DNA of 64,000 nt from Nanobdellota archaeon (GTDB lineage Archaea; Nanobdellota; Nanobdellia; Pacearchaeales; GW2011-AR1), in contig JBBSXC010000003.1 in the NCBI GenBank assembly GCA_038045945.1, positions 21,859 to 85,858 on the forward strand. The letters run 5' to 3'. Each line of letters starts with the position of its first letter. The stretch's first letter is position 1. Under the pieces are notes generated by a model. That model did no database searches. It had not been told where the DNA came from and worked only from the letters and a program-made list of their open reading frames with translations. The position numbers were made by a program, and so were the translations under genes. Of this stretch, positions 27,199 through 36,790 are shown one piece after another.

Positions 27199-28440
27199 AT
27201 GAATAAGAGGGATAATACTTTAACAATTTTAGGACTATCAATAATAATGATAATGCTAATAAGTCTTACCCTAGTTAGTGCTAAATCAGAAAACTCTGGA
27301 GGAGAATCAGGAAATTCTCCTAACTCTGGAAGTTCATCAAACTCCGCAAATTCTGGAAGTTCAGCAAATTCAGGTAAATCGGAATCAAGTAACTCAAACA
27401 ACAATAAAGGAAAATCATTATCTATTAGTTCGAATGAAGAAGTATCAATTAACAAAGATAAAGATGATGATAGTGATGACGTTGATGACGATAACGATAG
27501 TGATGATGCTGGCGACGATAACGATAGTGATGATGATGGCGATGATAGTGATGTTAAGAAAGAATCAAAAAAGTCGTTTGAGTTCGAATCAGAATTAGAA
27601 ATTGAGGAAGAATCGGGTAAATTCAAAATCAAACTATCCAGCGGTAAACAAAAAGATTTGGATGTCGAACCAGAATTAGCAAAATCAATAGCTTTTGACA
27701 AATTCAAAGGTGACAGATTTAACATCACAATAAACGAATCAAACGGATCAGTAACTTATGAAGCTGTAGCTTTCAAAAACGGAAAATTTTTGTGGTTATT
27801 CAACAAAGAGGTCGTAATTAAAGCATCTATTGATTCTGTAAGCGGAAACGTAACAATCAAGAAACCCTGGTGGGCATTATTTGTATCAGGGGAAGACGAT
27901 GACCAATCAAACTCCTCAAAAATAGTTATTTGCCACGTTCCTGGAGGAAACCCTAACAACGGACAAACAATAACTATTGGTAGCCCAGCACTTAAAGCCC
28001 ACTTAAAACACGGAGACGTGTTAGGAGAATGCAACAATAACGCCACAAACCAAACCAACCAAACAAACAGCACACAACCAGTTAACCAAACCAATAACAC
28101 GCAACCTGGTAACATTACTAACCAGACTAACCAATCTAACCAATCATCACTAGCTATAGCCCTTATCTCTCCTCAAAACTTAAGCGTTCACAACTCATCA
28201 ATAATACCTCTTGAATTCTCAATAACTAACACAAGCCTTGCTGAATGCTTCTTCAACTTAGACCTTAACAACCAAACAACAATCATTAATTGCGAGAACA
28301 CTTCAATAAACTCCGCTATTGGTAACCACTCTATTTACCTAACTATAAAAGAGGGAAACAACTCAGCTATTTCCAACACTCACCAATTCTCAATAATAAC
28401 AAACACTAGCAGCGAGAATAATTCTTCACAACAAAATTAG
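27199..28440 (+). CDS. Secreted low-complexity surface protein with poly-Asp repeats and clustered N-glycosylation sequons
   Basis: Signal/TM LTILGLSIIMIMLISLTLVSA. SGSS(S/A)NSANSG repeats. DDDSDDVDDDNDSDDAGDDNDSDDDGDDSD. Runs of N-x-T/S sequons (NQTNQTNSTQPVNQTNNTQPGNITNQTNQSNQSS). Confidence 0.55.
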   Translation: MNKRDNTLTILGLSIIMIMLISLTLVSAKSENSGGESGNSPNSGSSSNSANSGSSANSGKSESSNSNNNKGKSLSISSNEEVSINKDKDDDSDDVDDDNDSDDAGDDNDSDDDGDDSDVKKESKKSFEFESELEIEEESGKFKIKLSSGKQKDLDVEPELAKSIAFDKFKGDRFNITINESNGSVTYEAVAFKNGKFLWLFNKEVVIKASIDSVSGNVTIKKPWWALFVSGEDDDQSNSSKIVICHVPGGNPNNGQTITIGSPALKAHLKHGDVLGECNNNATNQTNQTNSTQPVNQTNNTQPGNITNQTNQSNQSSLAIALISPQNLSVHNSSIIPLEFSITNTSLAECFFNLDLNNQTTIINCENTSINSAIGNHSIYLTIKEGNNSAISNTHQFSIITNTSSENNSSQQN

Positions 28441-28484
28441 TATCAGAAAGCTTTTTAATACCTTAAAATTAACTAGTAACATCT

Positions 28485-28556
28485 GCCTCAATAGTATATC
28501 GGTTAGTACACTTGCCTGTCGCGCAGGAGAGCCGGGTTCGATTCCCGGTTGGGGCG
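28485..28556 (+). tRNA. tRNA-Asp, anticodon GTC
   Basis: Folded by hand. Acceptor GCCTCAA/TTGGGGC. D-arm GTAT...GTAC. Anticodon stem CTTGC/GCAGG with loop CTGTCGC (anticodon GTC). T-arm CCGGG-TTCGATT-CCCGG. Discriminator G. CCA is not encoded. Confidence 0.8.
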
Positions 28557-28557
28557 T
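28545..28557 (+). repeat. Direct repeat copy 1 (ccggttggggcgt), the 3' end of tRNA-Asp; putative attL
   Basis: Exact 12-13 nt GC-rich match to copies at 28880-28892 and 33302-33313. Confidence 0.6.
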
Positions 28558-28879
28558 GATATATTTTTGTGCTTTTACGGAGCCTCCTAAAAAAAGGTTA
28601 AGTAAATGCACAAAATAATTCTTGTTATTTTTTAGGGGTCGTATACAAAAAGTAGCAGTCGCTTAAATTAAGCGAATGTTTTAATAAAATATGAAAATCA
28701 ACATTTACAAAGATCAAGAGAGCTAAGAGAGATAAACATACCTAAGCTTTTTATTTTTTAGACCTATACACTCTAGTCCGACAAGATTTATAAATCAATA
28801 GAAGCACAGACTGTCAACGATAAAAAACGCTTTCATAAAAAAAAGCGTGACCCTAAAAAATAACAAGAACGTATCATCG

Positions 28880-28892
28880 CCGGTTGGGGCGT
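28880..28892 (+). repeat. Direct repeat copy 2 (ccggttggggcgt-aata), putative internal att
   Basis: Matches the tRNA 3' end including the following (g/a)ata. Preceding bases loosely resemble a degraded T-arm. Confidence 0.55.
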
Positions 28893-29009
28893 AATACCTT
28901 CTAGGCATATTTGGTGGGCATTGTACCTGTTTTAACATTGTCTCGAGCAGAGCGTTGATGATTTAAATAGACCTCTATAAAAAAGAATAGAGGTTAGTCA
29001 TTGTAAATT

Positions 29010-29984
29010 TTATTCTTTGAAAGGATACTGATTATACTTAACATAATGGTCGAATAATACAATACTTTCAACATCTAAAATAATGTCAGAAAATGATGTT
29101 CTCATTTCAGTTATCATGCTTTGCAATTCTTTTTGGTTTTTCACCTCGTATATAATCTCGAAGTTCCAACTACCTACACTCTCTATATAGAATATAACAT
29201 TTTTATGATTAATACAATAATCAAATAAAGCTTGTTTTCTTTCTTGTGTTAAATTTTGGGTTTTTAGAAAAAGTTGGTAGCTCTGGTAACCAAACTCTTG
29301 ACAATGTATTTGGGCACTGTACCCTTGTATTATCTCACGTTTTTCTAATTGCTTAAGCCTCAAACGTACAGTGGATACAGGCTCATTAATTGCTTCAGAT
29401 ATTTTAAGAGAAGATATTCTTGAATCTTTTGTAAGTAAACGAATAATGTCTTTATCCAATTCATCAATCTTAGCATCATCAAAATGTTTGCCAAATCTTG
29501 GGGCTATAGTCTTTAAACTTTTTGTATTAAGTAGATACTCTCTTGGAAACTGGACAAGCTCTACTCTTATGGCTACATTTAAATCTTTTAGATATTTATT
29601 ATATTTTGTTGATATTTTGGTTAATACTTCGTTAAACTCTACTATATTTTTAGACATTATTGCAAAAGCTAAGTCGAATCTACCACCAAAGCTAGCAATC
29701 CAATAAATGTGATTATCCTTTTTTAGACCTTCAATAATTATCTTTTTTCTTTTATCATTAACATTTTGAAATCTAGCATAAACTGCATAGCCCGTATAAC
29801 CCATTTTACTAAAATCTAATAATGCGTTAAAACCTGTTATAATTTTTCTTTCTTCAAGACGTTTTAACCTATAATGAGTTCTTTCTTGACTTACACCTAT
29901 TCTTTTTCCTAATTCTGAAGTTCCTAACCTAGCATTAAGGTCTATTTCATATAAAAGCTTTTTATCTTTGGCATCAAGTTCCAT
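29010..29984 (-). CDS. Tandem double-domain Lrp/AsnC-family transcriptional regulator
   Basis: Two HTH repeats (KDKKLLYEIDLNARLGTSELGKRIGVSQERTHYRLKRLEERKII and DKDIIRLLTKDSRISSLKISEAINEPVSTVRLRLKQLEKREII), each followed by a RAM-like domain. Confidence 0.6.
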   Translation of the reverse strand: MELDAKDKKLLYEIDLNARLGTSELGKRIGVSQERTHYRLKRLEERKIITGFNALLDFSKMGYTGYAVYARFQNVNDKRKKIIIEGLKKDNHIYWIASFGGRFDLAFAIMSKNIVEFNEVLTKISTKYNKYLKDLNVAIRVELVQFPREYLLNTKSLKTIAPRFGKHFDDAKIDELDKDIIRLLTKDSRISSLKISEAINEPVSTVRLRLKQLEKREIIQGYSAQIHCQEFGYQSYQLFLKTQNLTQERKQALFDYCINHKNVIFYIESVGSWNFEIIYEVKNQKELQSMITEMRTSFSDIILDVESIVLFDHYVKYNQYPFKE

Positions 29985-30101
29985 ATTTTATATATTGTTA
30001 TATTACTATTTAAATATTGGGTTTTTATAAAAATATTGCTAAGATATTTTATATATTATTAATTCGTTATCACTGCATAGTAAATAACATGGATAATAAA
30101 A

Positions 30102-30491
30102 ATGGAAACCAAAGAAAGAACTCTTAGACTTGGAAACAGATTAAACGACAAACTTAATGGTAATTGGGTTAGACCAAAAAAAGTGTATTATGGTAATGCC
30201 TTGACTCAATTAGGAAAATTTTTAATTAGTGAATCTGATGCTTTTAAATTCCCTGATTCTAGACCCTATTTGGAGAGGTTAGGAATTAAAGTTCTTGGAG
30301 AAATAAGAAACGAGCCAGAATATGAATGCGAAATACCTTCAAATCTTAGGTTAGACCAACAAAATAATGAAAGTTGTTCTGACATGACTACTTTTAATAT
30401 TTATGATGCTTCTGGCAGGAAAGTAGTAAGCTATTGGGTTAAAATTGGGAGAGAATACGATCTTTCTGTAGATCTTAGAGGATTACAATGA
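30102..30491 (+). CDS. Hypothetical protein
   Basis: 129 aa. 4-nt overlap with the next gene. Confidence 0.35.
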   Translation: METKERTLRLGNRLNDKLNGNWVRPKKVYYGNALTQLGKFLISESDAFKFPDSRPYLERLGIKVLGEIRNEPEYECEIPSNLRLDQQNNESCSDMTTFNIYDASGRKVVSYWVKIGREYDLSVDLRGLQ

Positions 30492-31600
30492 AACCCAAAA
30501 GAGAAATAGTTGAGGAAAATCTCTTAGAGCAGTTTAGAGAAATAAGACCTCATATACCCTCTAGAGACCATCAGGCTATTAGCCACTATAAAGATGGTAC
30601 TTTTGGGTTGAGTAGTTTAGGCTTCGCATTATATTCCAATGGTCACAGTTTGAGGGGTCAAAGTAAAACTCGCCCTTATGGGCTAATTTTTGAAAGCGAA
30701 GACACTATGTTCTCTATAGGTTATTATAGAAAGGAACAAGACTCAGCGGAATCAGATGGGCATGTGTTTATTGTAGCCCCAAGAGGTGATAAAGTAATAG
30801 AAGAAGTCAAAAGGTTGACAAAAAGCGTTTTAAATTCTAGTCTTCCTTGTAGGGGAGTTTATGCTAGGTTCTTAACAGTAGATCAGTATAAACAATTATT
30901 ATCTGACGGGTTTTTACCTGCAAAAGAAGCTCCTTGGCATGAAGATTCCCCCGAGGAAGACGAAACTTTAACAAGTTCTCTTGTTAGATTAGAAGATATA
31001 GTTGACTCGCAGAGTCAAATTAGAGTATTACCTTATGGAAGTAGAAACTCTAGAAAAAAGTCTAGGATGACTTATCAGAGGTTTAGAAATTTCCTAGATA
31101 AAAACTGTTTAGAATATGACCTCAGAGACTTTTCTGCAGAAAATTCAGAAGTGGCAAAAAGAATAATTCAAGATCATTTTGACACTTTAAGAGAAGAAGG
31201 AAACCAAATAGGATCAATTCCAGAAGATCATTTTAACTCATGCGACTCAGAAATAATCAAACTGCCATCAGTCATAACACAAATAGGTTATTTAGGAAAC
31301 TTACCTGTGTCTTATTTTTCAGGAGAGATTGTATCAGATTCTAGGTTAGCACTTTATACTCCTTTCACATTACGTTCACCCGAATTAGTTTTACCTAAAA
31401 TCGGGAAAGATGTAAAAGCTAAAGAGGGTTTTAGCGCAATATCTATGTTTGCTTACTTAGAACTTTTAAGAAAATTGAAAGATAAGGGAATAAAGGAAGT
31501 ATTATTTGGAGGCTCGGAACATAGGGATTTGAACAGAATAAAAAGGCAATTTGGGTGCAGAAATGATCCTTCTTACTGGGCAGTTAAGTTGAAGACTTAA
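30488..31600 (+). CDS. Hypothetical protein, 370 aa
   Basis: Non-repetitive ORF. I did not recognise any recombinase motifs. Confidence 0.4.
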   Translation: MKPKREIVEENLLEQFREIRPHIPSRDHQAISHYKDGTFGLSSLGFALYSNGHSLRGQSKTRPYGLIFESEDTMFSIGYYRKEQDSAESDGHVFIVAPRGDKVIEEVKRLTKSVLNSSLPCRGVYARFLTVDQYKQLLSDGFLPAKEAPWHEDSPEEDETLTSSLVRLEDIVDSQSQIRVLPYGSRNSRKKSRMTYQRFRNFLDKNCLEYDLRDFSAENSEVAKRIIQDHFDTLREEGNQIGSIPEDHFNSCDSEIIKLPSVITQIGYLGNLPVSYFSGEIVSDSRLALYTPFTLRSPELVLPKIGKDVKAKEGFSAISMFAYLELLRKLKDKGIKEVLFGGSEHRDLNRIKRQFGCRNDPSYWAVKLKT

Positions 31601-31649
31601 ATATTTTGGTCCTAAAAGTCTCGGTATCGACCGAAGTAAAAAATAGTTT

Positions 31650-31976
31650 TTAGTATCCAAATCTTCTTTCGTAGTTTTTGTGGTCCATCCATTCTAGGAG
31701 TACTGATAATACGCTGACTTTATTGTTTTTTACTGTGTAGATGAGCCTCCATGCGTCTGGAAGGTTATACTTCCATAGGTTTGTTATGTTTCCGTACCTT
31801 TTTGTGTATTCTTTAGGAATAAGATTTTTGGGTATTTGTATTCCACAAAAAGCGTCATCTTGAAGATTCTTAAAAGCCTTAGTTAGTTGTTCTTGAAGAT
31901 TATTCTCTTTAATTCCTTCCAGTTTATCAAATTGTTCCTTAAGTTTCTCATCACCAAAGATTACTTCTGATTTCAT
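31650..31976 (-). CDS. RelE/ParE-like toxin
   Basis: NITNLWKYNLPDAWRLIYTVKNNKVSVLSVLLEWMDHKNYERRFGY matches the RelE/ParE C-terminal signature. Confidence 0.45.
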   Translation of the reverse strand: MKSEVIFGDEKLKEQFDKLEGIKENNLQEQLTKAFKNLQDDAFCGIQIPKNLIPKEYTKRYGNITNLWKYNLPDAWRLIYTVKNNKVSVLSVLLEWMDHKNYERRFGY

Positions 31977-31980
31977 TGTT

Positions 31981-32253
31981 TTATCCTTTCCAAATTAAGT
32001 GTTTCTTCTTTAAGTAAGTCTTAACAGATTCAGGATCCCAAATCCAAGCTATTTTTCCTTCCTTATCAACAGCGATTCTACCAGCATAAAGTAAGTAGTC
32101 AATGATTACAGAAAATGTTTGATACATCATCTTCTTAGGTAACTTCTCCCATAATTGTTTCTTAGTATAAGTTCCACTAGTATCATAAATAATCTTTTCC
32201 ACCATTAATACACTATCTAGTCTTGGATAATGGATTATTTCCTTAATTTCCAT
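31981..32253 (-). CDS. Putative antitoxin / hypothetical protein upstream of the RelE-like toxin
   Basis: 90 aa. Ends 5 nt before the toxin start. Confidence 0.3.
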   Translation of the reverse strand: MEIKEIIHYPRLDSVLMVEKIIYDTSGTYTKKQLWEKLPKKMMYQTFSVIIDYLLYAGRIAVDKEGKIAWIWDPESVKTYLKKKHLIWKG

Positions 32254-32296
32254 AGTTGTATAGACTTATATAACTATATAAATCTTACGATTTGGC

Positions 32297-33241
32297 TTAT
32301 AATGTCCCTTTTAAAATGCTACAAATATGACCTGCTTGCTTACCACTCTTCTGCCATCTTTTGAAAGCTTCACTCGCGCTGATTCTAAATTGTTTTAATG
32401 CTTCTTTTAATTCTGGAGTTGCAAGTCTTTTACCTCTAAGATTTTTTTGCCAATAAAGCCATGCTTTCTCATGATCATAAAAATCAAACTCTACGCCTGC
32501 TTCTTTCTCATGTTTAGCATAACCCTCTAATGTGTCTTCAGGCTCACTTTGAATCTTATAAATGCTTACTAGTTCCTCAACATTATAACCATTATCAGTA
32601 AAGAGTTCTAACACGTGATTGTAAGGGACACGAATACCTATAGCGTCAACAACGACACCCTTTTCAGTTACAACATTTTTAGCTTGTTTTAGAAACAAGT
32701 ATTGATGAGTCAAATACCATCTTTGAAAAACTGTAGGTACATCAAGATATTCTCGAGCAAGAAATTGTGAAGCACTAACCTTCTTATCTAAGGGTTTTTG
32801 AGATGTTGGGATATTAGGAATGTTAGCATATACCAAATCAACCTTTATTTTCTTCTTTATTAGAGGTTCACATAAATCGCCAAGAAATGTTTCAACTATT
32901 GCCTTAGAACCAACCCATTGCTGGGCATTTTCCTGAGCAATTTTAGGCACATTAGGATGAATATCTATTTGGTAAATTCTCTTAGGATGAAATATTTCAA
33001 AAACTCCAATAGAATCAACACCTGCACCTGTACCAATAGTAGCAAAGCTCTCTGGTTTAAAATTAGATTTTTTTAATTCATTAAAACCTAGAAAAGCTGG
33101 GTACAACCAACTATCCTCTGGGTTTTTTGGATCAAAATCATAAGCGTTTTCATTCATAACAACTAATCCTTTCTTCTCAATTCCCACAGAATCAAAAAGC
33201 GGTTTTATATCCAAAGTCCACGTTTTCATAATAAAGGTCAA
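32297..33241 (-). CDS. SAM-dependent methyltransferase, HemK/N6-amino type with a degenerate NPPY (NIPN)
   Basis: Motif I FATIGTGAGVDSIGV. Motif IV position VDLVYANIPNIP. Confidence 0.45.
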   Translation of the reverse strand: MTFIMKTWTLDIKPLFDSVGIEKKGLVVMNENAYDFDPKNPEDSWLYPAFLGFNELKKSNFKPESFATIGTGAGVDSIGVFEIFHPKRIYQIDIHPNVPKIAQENAQQWVGSKAIVETFLGDLCEPLIKKKIKVDLVYANIPNIPTSQKPLDKKVSASQFLAREYLDVPTVFQRWYLTHQYLFLKQAKNVVTEKGVVVDAIGIRVPYNHVLELFTDNGYNVEELVSIYKIQSEPEDTLEGYAKHEKEAGVEFDFYDHEKAWLYWQKNLRGKRLATPELKEALKQFRISASEAFKRWQKSGKQAGHICSILKGTL

Positions 33242-33301
33242 TTAATTAAGTTTAAATTTCTTTTCCTGTGCCCCTAAAATATGCCATAAAGGTCTTGATG
33301 T

Positions 33302-33313
33302 CGGTTGGGGCGT
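33302..33313 (+). repeat. Direct repeat copy 3 (cggttggggcgt), putative attR
   Basis: Lies in the 73-bp gap between the - strand genes ending at 33241 and 33315. The preceding 'ggtcttgatgtcgg' resembles a degenerate T-arm. Confidence 0.55.
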
Positions 33314-33314
33314 T

Positions 33315-34466
33315 TTATTTGTAGTATCTTCTAGAGCTGGCAGGCATAGTGGCCGGGCAAGAGCCATTAGCACTGTAATAAACATCAATAGTCATGTTAT
33401 CAATGACTTTGAAAAATATGAAACCATTAGCACTGTTAGAATTAAAATTATCAAGAATTTGGAAACAATGCTGAACAGTAACTTCATCAGGAAGTTTATA
33501 AGAAGGATTATTAGAAGAAAAATAATTAACAGGGCTCTTAGAACCAAGATTACCAATAGCAACACGTTCTTCATCACCAACAATAGAAATAGGGCTACCA
33601 TAATCACCATCAGAATAATAATCATAAATAGAGCCCTTAACTTCTTTATCCAAGAACCACATGCCAGAAATAGAGCCGGGCACGTCCCTAGAAGCAAAAC
33701 CACAACTCTTAACCTTGAACAAAGTACCGCCACCGCCACCAAACAATTCATAATAAGCAACCTTTTTTTCACCAGAATAAAAATCGTAAGGGCAAACACC
33801 AGAACGAAGATTATAAGAAAAGCCAGCATCATACCTAGCCTGGTTTAAAAACTTGTTAGAAATCTTCCTATCTCTAACAATGAAATCAAAACCAGCAACA
33901 CCACCATCCTGCGGGATATAATAAGCGATAAGGTCACCAGCCTTAAATTTAACAGGCCTAATATTAATCTCCCTACTATCATCCCTCAATTCGTATATCT
34001 GCTCAGAAATTTGCGGAACAACATCCTTAAGGTGGCCGAAAACCAGTTCAACATCACAACCAAGCTCAAACTTAAGAACATAATCAGGAATGTAACCCTC
34101 AGAAGCACCAGGCATTTTGTAACGAGAACCACTAACAAGAATCATATCAGTAGGGGCGTAAATAGGAATCTTCTGGTTTTTGAATTCTTCCTTAATACTA
34201 ACATAAGAACGCTCAACAATAGATTTACCAAAACCATGAACAACACCAATCTGACCAACCTTTTGAACATAAACAGGATCAATAAAGTATTCTGAAAACA
34301 TAATATCACAATCATCAGCCAGGGATTGACCAAAAAAACTATCATTTACTGACCTGTTACCATAACCTTCAGGATTAGTATCTGAAGGAGGATTATGATT
34401 AAGAATAAAAATGATTACTACAAAAACAAAAATAATTATTGGAACAAAAATCAAACCCTTTTTCAC
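33315..34466 (-). CDS. Secreted protein, unknown function
   Basis: Signal/TM LIFVPIIIFVFVVIIFIL. 383 aa, non-repetitive, Gly/Tyr-rich. Confidence 0.45.
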   Translation of the reverse strand: MKKGLIFVPIIIFVFVVIIFILNHNPPSDTNPEGYGNRSVNDSFFGQSLADDCDIMFSEYFIDPVYVQKVGQIGVVHGFGKSIVERSYVSIKEEFKNQKIPIYAPTDMILVSGSRYKMPGASEGYIPDYVLKFELGCDVELVFGHLKDVVPQISEQIYELRDDSREINIRPVKFKAGDLIAYYIPQDGGVAGFDFIVRDRKISNKFLNQARYDAGFSYNLRSGVCPYDFYSGEKKVAYYELFGGGGGTLFKVKSCGFASRDVPGSISGMWFLDKEVKGSIYDYYSDGDYGSPISIVGDEERVAIGNLGSKSPVNYFSSNNPSYKLPDEVTVQHCFQILDNFNSNSANGFIFFKVIDNMTIDVYYSANGSCPATMPASSRRYYK

Positions 34467-34570
34467 AAAATAATCAATGATTCAATAATATAAAAAGTCT
34501 TCTGGTAGGTGTTTTAATCATGAAAAGAATGCTCTGTTCATAATAAAAGACACTGAAGGTTGTGGCGTTC

Positions 34571-34981
34571 TTACTCTTCATCATATATCAGTTCTTCTTT
34601 GAACACTTTGCTTTCAGGATCATCAGCTTCTAATAAGAACTCATCATCTTCAGGATTATCGTTATTAGCGCTTGATTCATCAAAATCATAATTTTCCTCT
34701 TTAGGAATAATCCACCTCATACTCAAATCCTCATTCTTACCAGTAATTCTATCAACAAAAGAATTATCATAAGAATAAAATGATTCGCCACTGTCAGACT
34801 TATCTTCAAAAAGAACACTATCAGAAACAAGCTTAGACAAAAAAGAAGAAAAATCATCACCAAAAAAATCAAAAACGTTATTAGTTTCAAAAAACCTCTT
34901 AATATCACCAAAAGAAAAAGATTCTTTATCAGAATTAGAAAAATAAAAAGCTAAAGCGTCACAAAAATCATCATAATCCAT
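34571..34981 (-). CDS. Highly acidic hypothetical protein
   Basis: 136 aa, D/E/F/S-rich. Confidence 0.35.
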   Translation of the reverse strand: MDYDDFCDALAFYFSNSDKESFSFGDIKRFFETNNVFDFFGDDFSSFLSKLVSDSVLFEDKSDSGESFYSYDNSFVDRITGKNEDLSMRWIIPKEENYDFDESSANNDNPEDDEFLLEADDPESKVFKEELIYDEE

Positions 34982-35086
34982 AAAAATAACAAAAAAACAG
35001 TAAATAAAAACTTAACTGTTAACAAAATAATGAAGAAAAATATGGTCCCTAAATAATTTTAAACTAACAATAACGAATCAAGAATC

Positions 35087-36664
35087 ATGACAGAAACAAA
35101 AAAAGAGGGAGGAGAAGAGAAAGTAGCGGGTAAAGACTTAGAATTATTAAAAAGGCATTTTGGGTACGACAATTTCAGACCAATGCAAAAAGAAGTAATT
35201 GATGAAATAATAAAAGGAAATGATACACTAGTAATAATGCCCACAGGAGGAGGAAAATCAATATGTTACCAGTTGCCATCACTAACTTTCGAAGGAATAA
35301 CACTAGTAATATCACCACTAATATCACTCATGAAAGACCAAGTAGACAGCCTAAACGCGAACGGAATAAGCGCAGAATACATAAACTCATCACAAACACA
35401 AGGAGAAATAGAAGAAATAAAGGCAAGAATACAAATGGGAGAAATAAAACTATTATACATAGCACCAGAAAGACTATCACAAGAAGAATTTAAAGAATTC
35501 TTAAAAACACAAAAAATAAGCTTAATAGCAATTGATGAAGCACACTGCATATCAGAATGGGGACACGACTTCAGACCAGAATACAGAAACCTAAAAAAAT
35601 TAAGAGAAGAATACCCAAAAATACCAATAAGCGCATTAACAGCAACAGCAACAGAAAAAGTAAGATTGGACATAATAAAACAACTATCACTAAAAGAAGA
35701 GAAAGTATTCATATCAAGTTTTAACAGAAAAAACCTCATACTAAAAGTAGTAGAAAAAAACAGGGATGTAGACAGAATAATAGAACTATTACCAAAATAC
35801 AAAGATGAATCAGTAATAATATATTGTTTTTCAAGAAAAGACACAGAAAGCATAGCAAAAAACTTGACAAATTACGGATTTAGCGCACTACCATACCACG
35901 CAGGACTAAGCCCAGAAACAAGGAGGAATAACCAAGAATTATTCATAAAAGACAAAATAAACATAATAGTAGCAACAATAGCCTTCGGAATGGGAATAGA
36001 CAAACCAGACGTAAGACTAGTAATACACCACACATTCCCAAAAACACTAGAAGGATACTACCAAGAAATAGGAAGAGCAGGAAGAGACGGCCTAGAAAGC
36101 GACTGCATAATGTTCTACTCAAACTCAGACAAAAGAAAACACGAATACTTCATAGACATGATGACAGATAGAGAAAAAGCAGCACACGCAACAACAAAAA
36201 TGGAAGAAGTAATGAGTTATTGCGAAGAAGAAGGATGCAGAAGAAAACACATACTAAAATACTTCGGAGAAAACTACAAAGAAGAAAACTGCCAAGCATG
36301 CGACAAGTGCATAGAATCAGAAAAACCACAAAAATCGATCAAAGAAACAAAAAAAGAGAAAGTGTACAAAGGAAGATTCTCACCATTTGAAGAAATAACA
36401 ATAAAGAAAGAAACAAACATCTTCGAAGAAAAATTCGACAAAGAATTATTCGAAAAATTAAGACTTTTAAGAAAACAATTAGCAAACCAAAGAAACGTAC
36501 CACCATTCGTAATCTTTAGCGACGTAACACTAAGAGAAATGTCAACGAGTATGCCAAAAAATGAAGAAGAATTATTAGAAATAAACGGAGTAGGACAACA
36601 AAAACTAAAAGACTTCGGAGACTTCTTCATAGAAGAAATAAGAAGACATAGAGAAAAAAGTTAA
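35087..36664 (+). CDS. recQ: RecQ-family ATP-dependent DNA helicase
   Basis: DTLVIMPTGGGKSICYQLP (motif I), IAIDEAHCISEWGHDFRPEY (DEAH box), the RecQ Zn-binding Cys cluster (CRRKHILKYFGE...CQACDKC), and a C-terminal HRDC-like segment (TLREMSTSMPKNEEELLEINGVGQQKLKDFG). Confidence 0.8.
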   Translation: MTETKKEGGEEKVAGKDLELLKRHFGYDNFRPMQKEVIDEIIKGNDTLVIMPTGGGKSICYQLPSLTFEGITLVISPLISLMKDQVDSLNANGISAEYINSSQTQGEIEEIKARIQMGEIKLLYIAPERLSQEEFKEFLKTQKISLIAIDEAHCISEWGHDFRPEYRNLKKLREEYPKIPISALTATATEKVRLDIIKQLSLKEEKVFISSFNRKNLILKVVEKNRDVDRIIELLPKYKDESVIIYCFSRKDTESIAKNLTNYGFSALPYHAGLSPETRRNNQELFIKDKINIIVATIAFGMGIDKPDVRLVIHHTFPKTLEGYYQEIGRAGRDGLESDCIMFYSNSDKRKHEYFIDMMTDREKAAHATTKMEEVMSYCEEEGCRRKHILKYFGENYKEENCQACDKCIESEKPQKSIKETKKEKVYKGRFSPFEEITIKKETNIFEEKFDKELFEKLRLLRKQLANQRNVPPFVIFSDVTLREMSTSMPKNEEELLEINGVGQQKLKDFGDFFIEEIRRHREKS

Positions 36665-36790
36665 TCAGGCAACTATAAAAAAGTTTATCTGCGATAAACA
36701 CAATTAGACAAAAAATTATATGAATAAAATTAAGATTTTTGACGATTTCATCTTCATAATGTTAATAAACGATTTATAGTTCATGTTTTT

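Noticed and set aside
26898-27728. 276 aa ORF on the - strand overlapping the surface-protein gene
   Set aside because: It is antisense to the poly-Asp/Ser repeats, so its translation is poly-Ser/Leu. The + strand ORF has a signal peptide and coherent sequon domains, and I kept that.
30488-31600. 370 aa protein as the missing integrase of the tRNA-Asp element
   Set aside because: I found no R..H..R...Y tyrosine-recombinase boxes and no serine-recombinase N-terminal catalytic motif. It is left as hypothetical.
33392-34345. Several 60-150 aa ORFs on both strands inside 33315..34466
   Set aside because: The 383 aa - strand frame gives a non-repetitive signal-peptide protein. The alternatives are low-complexity (poly-I/N/R or L/V-rich) and nested.
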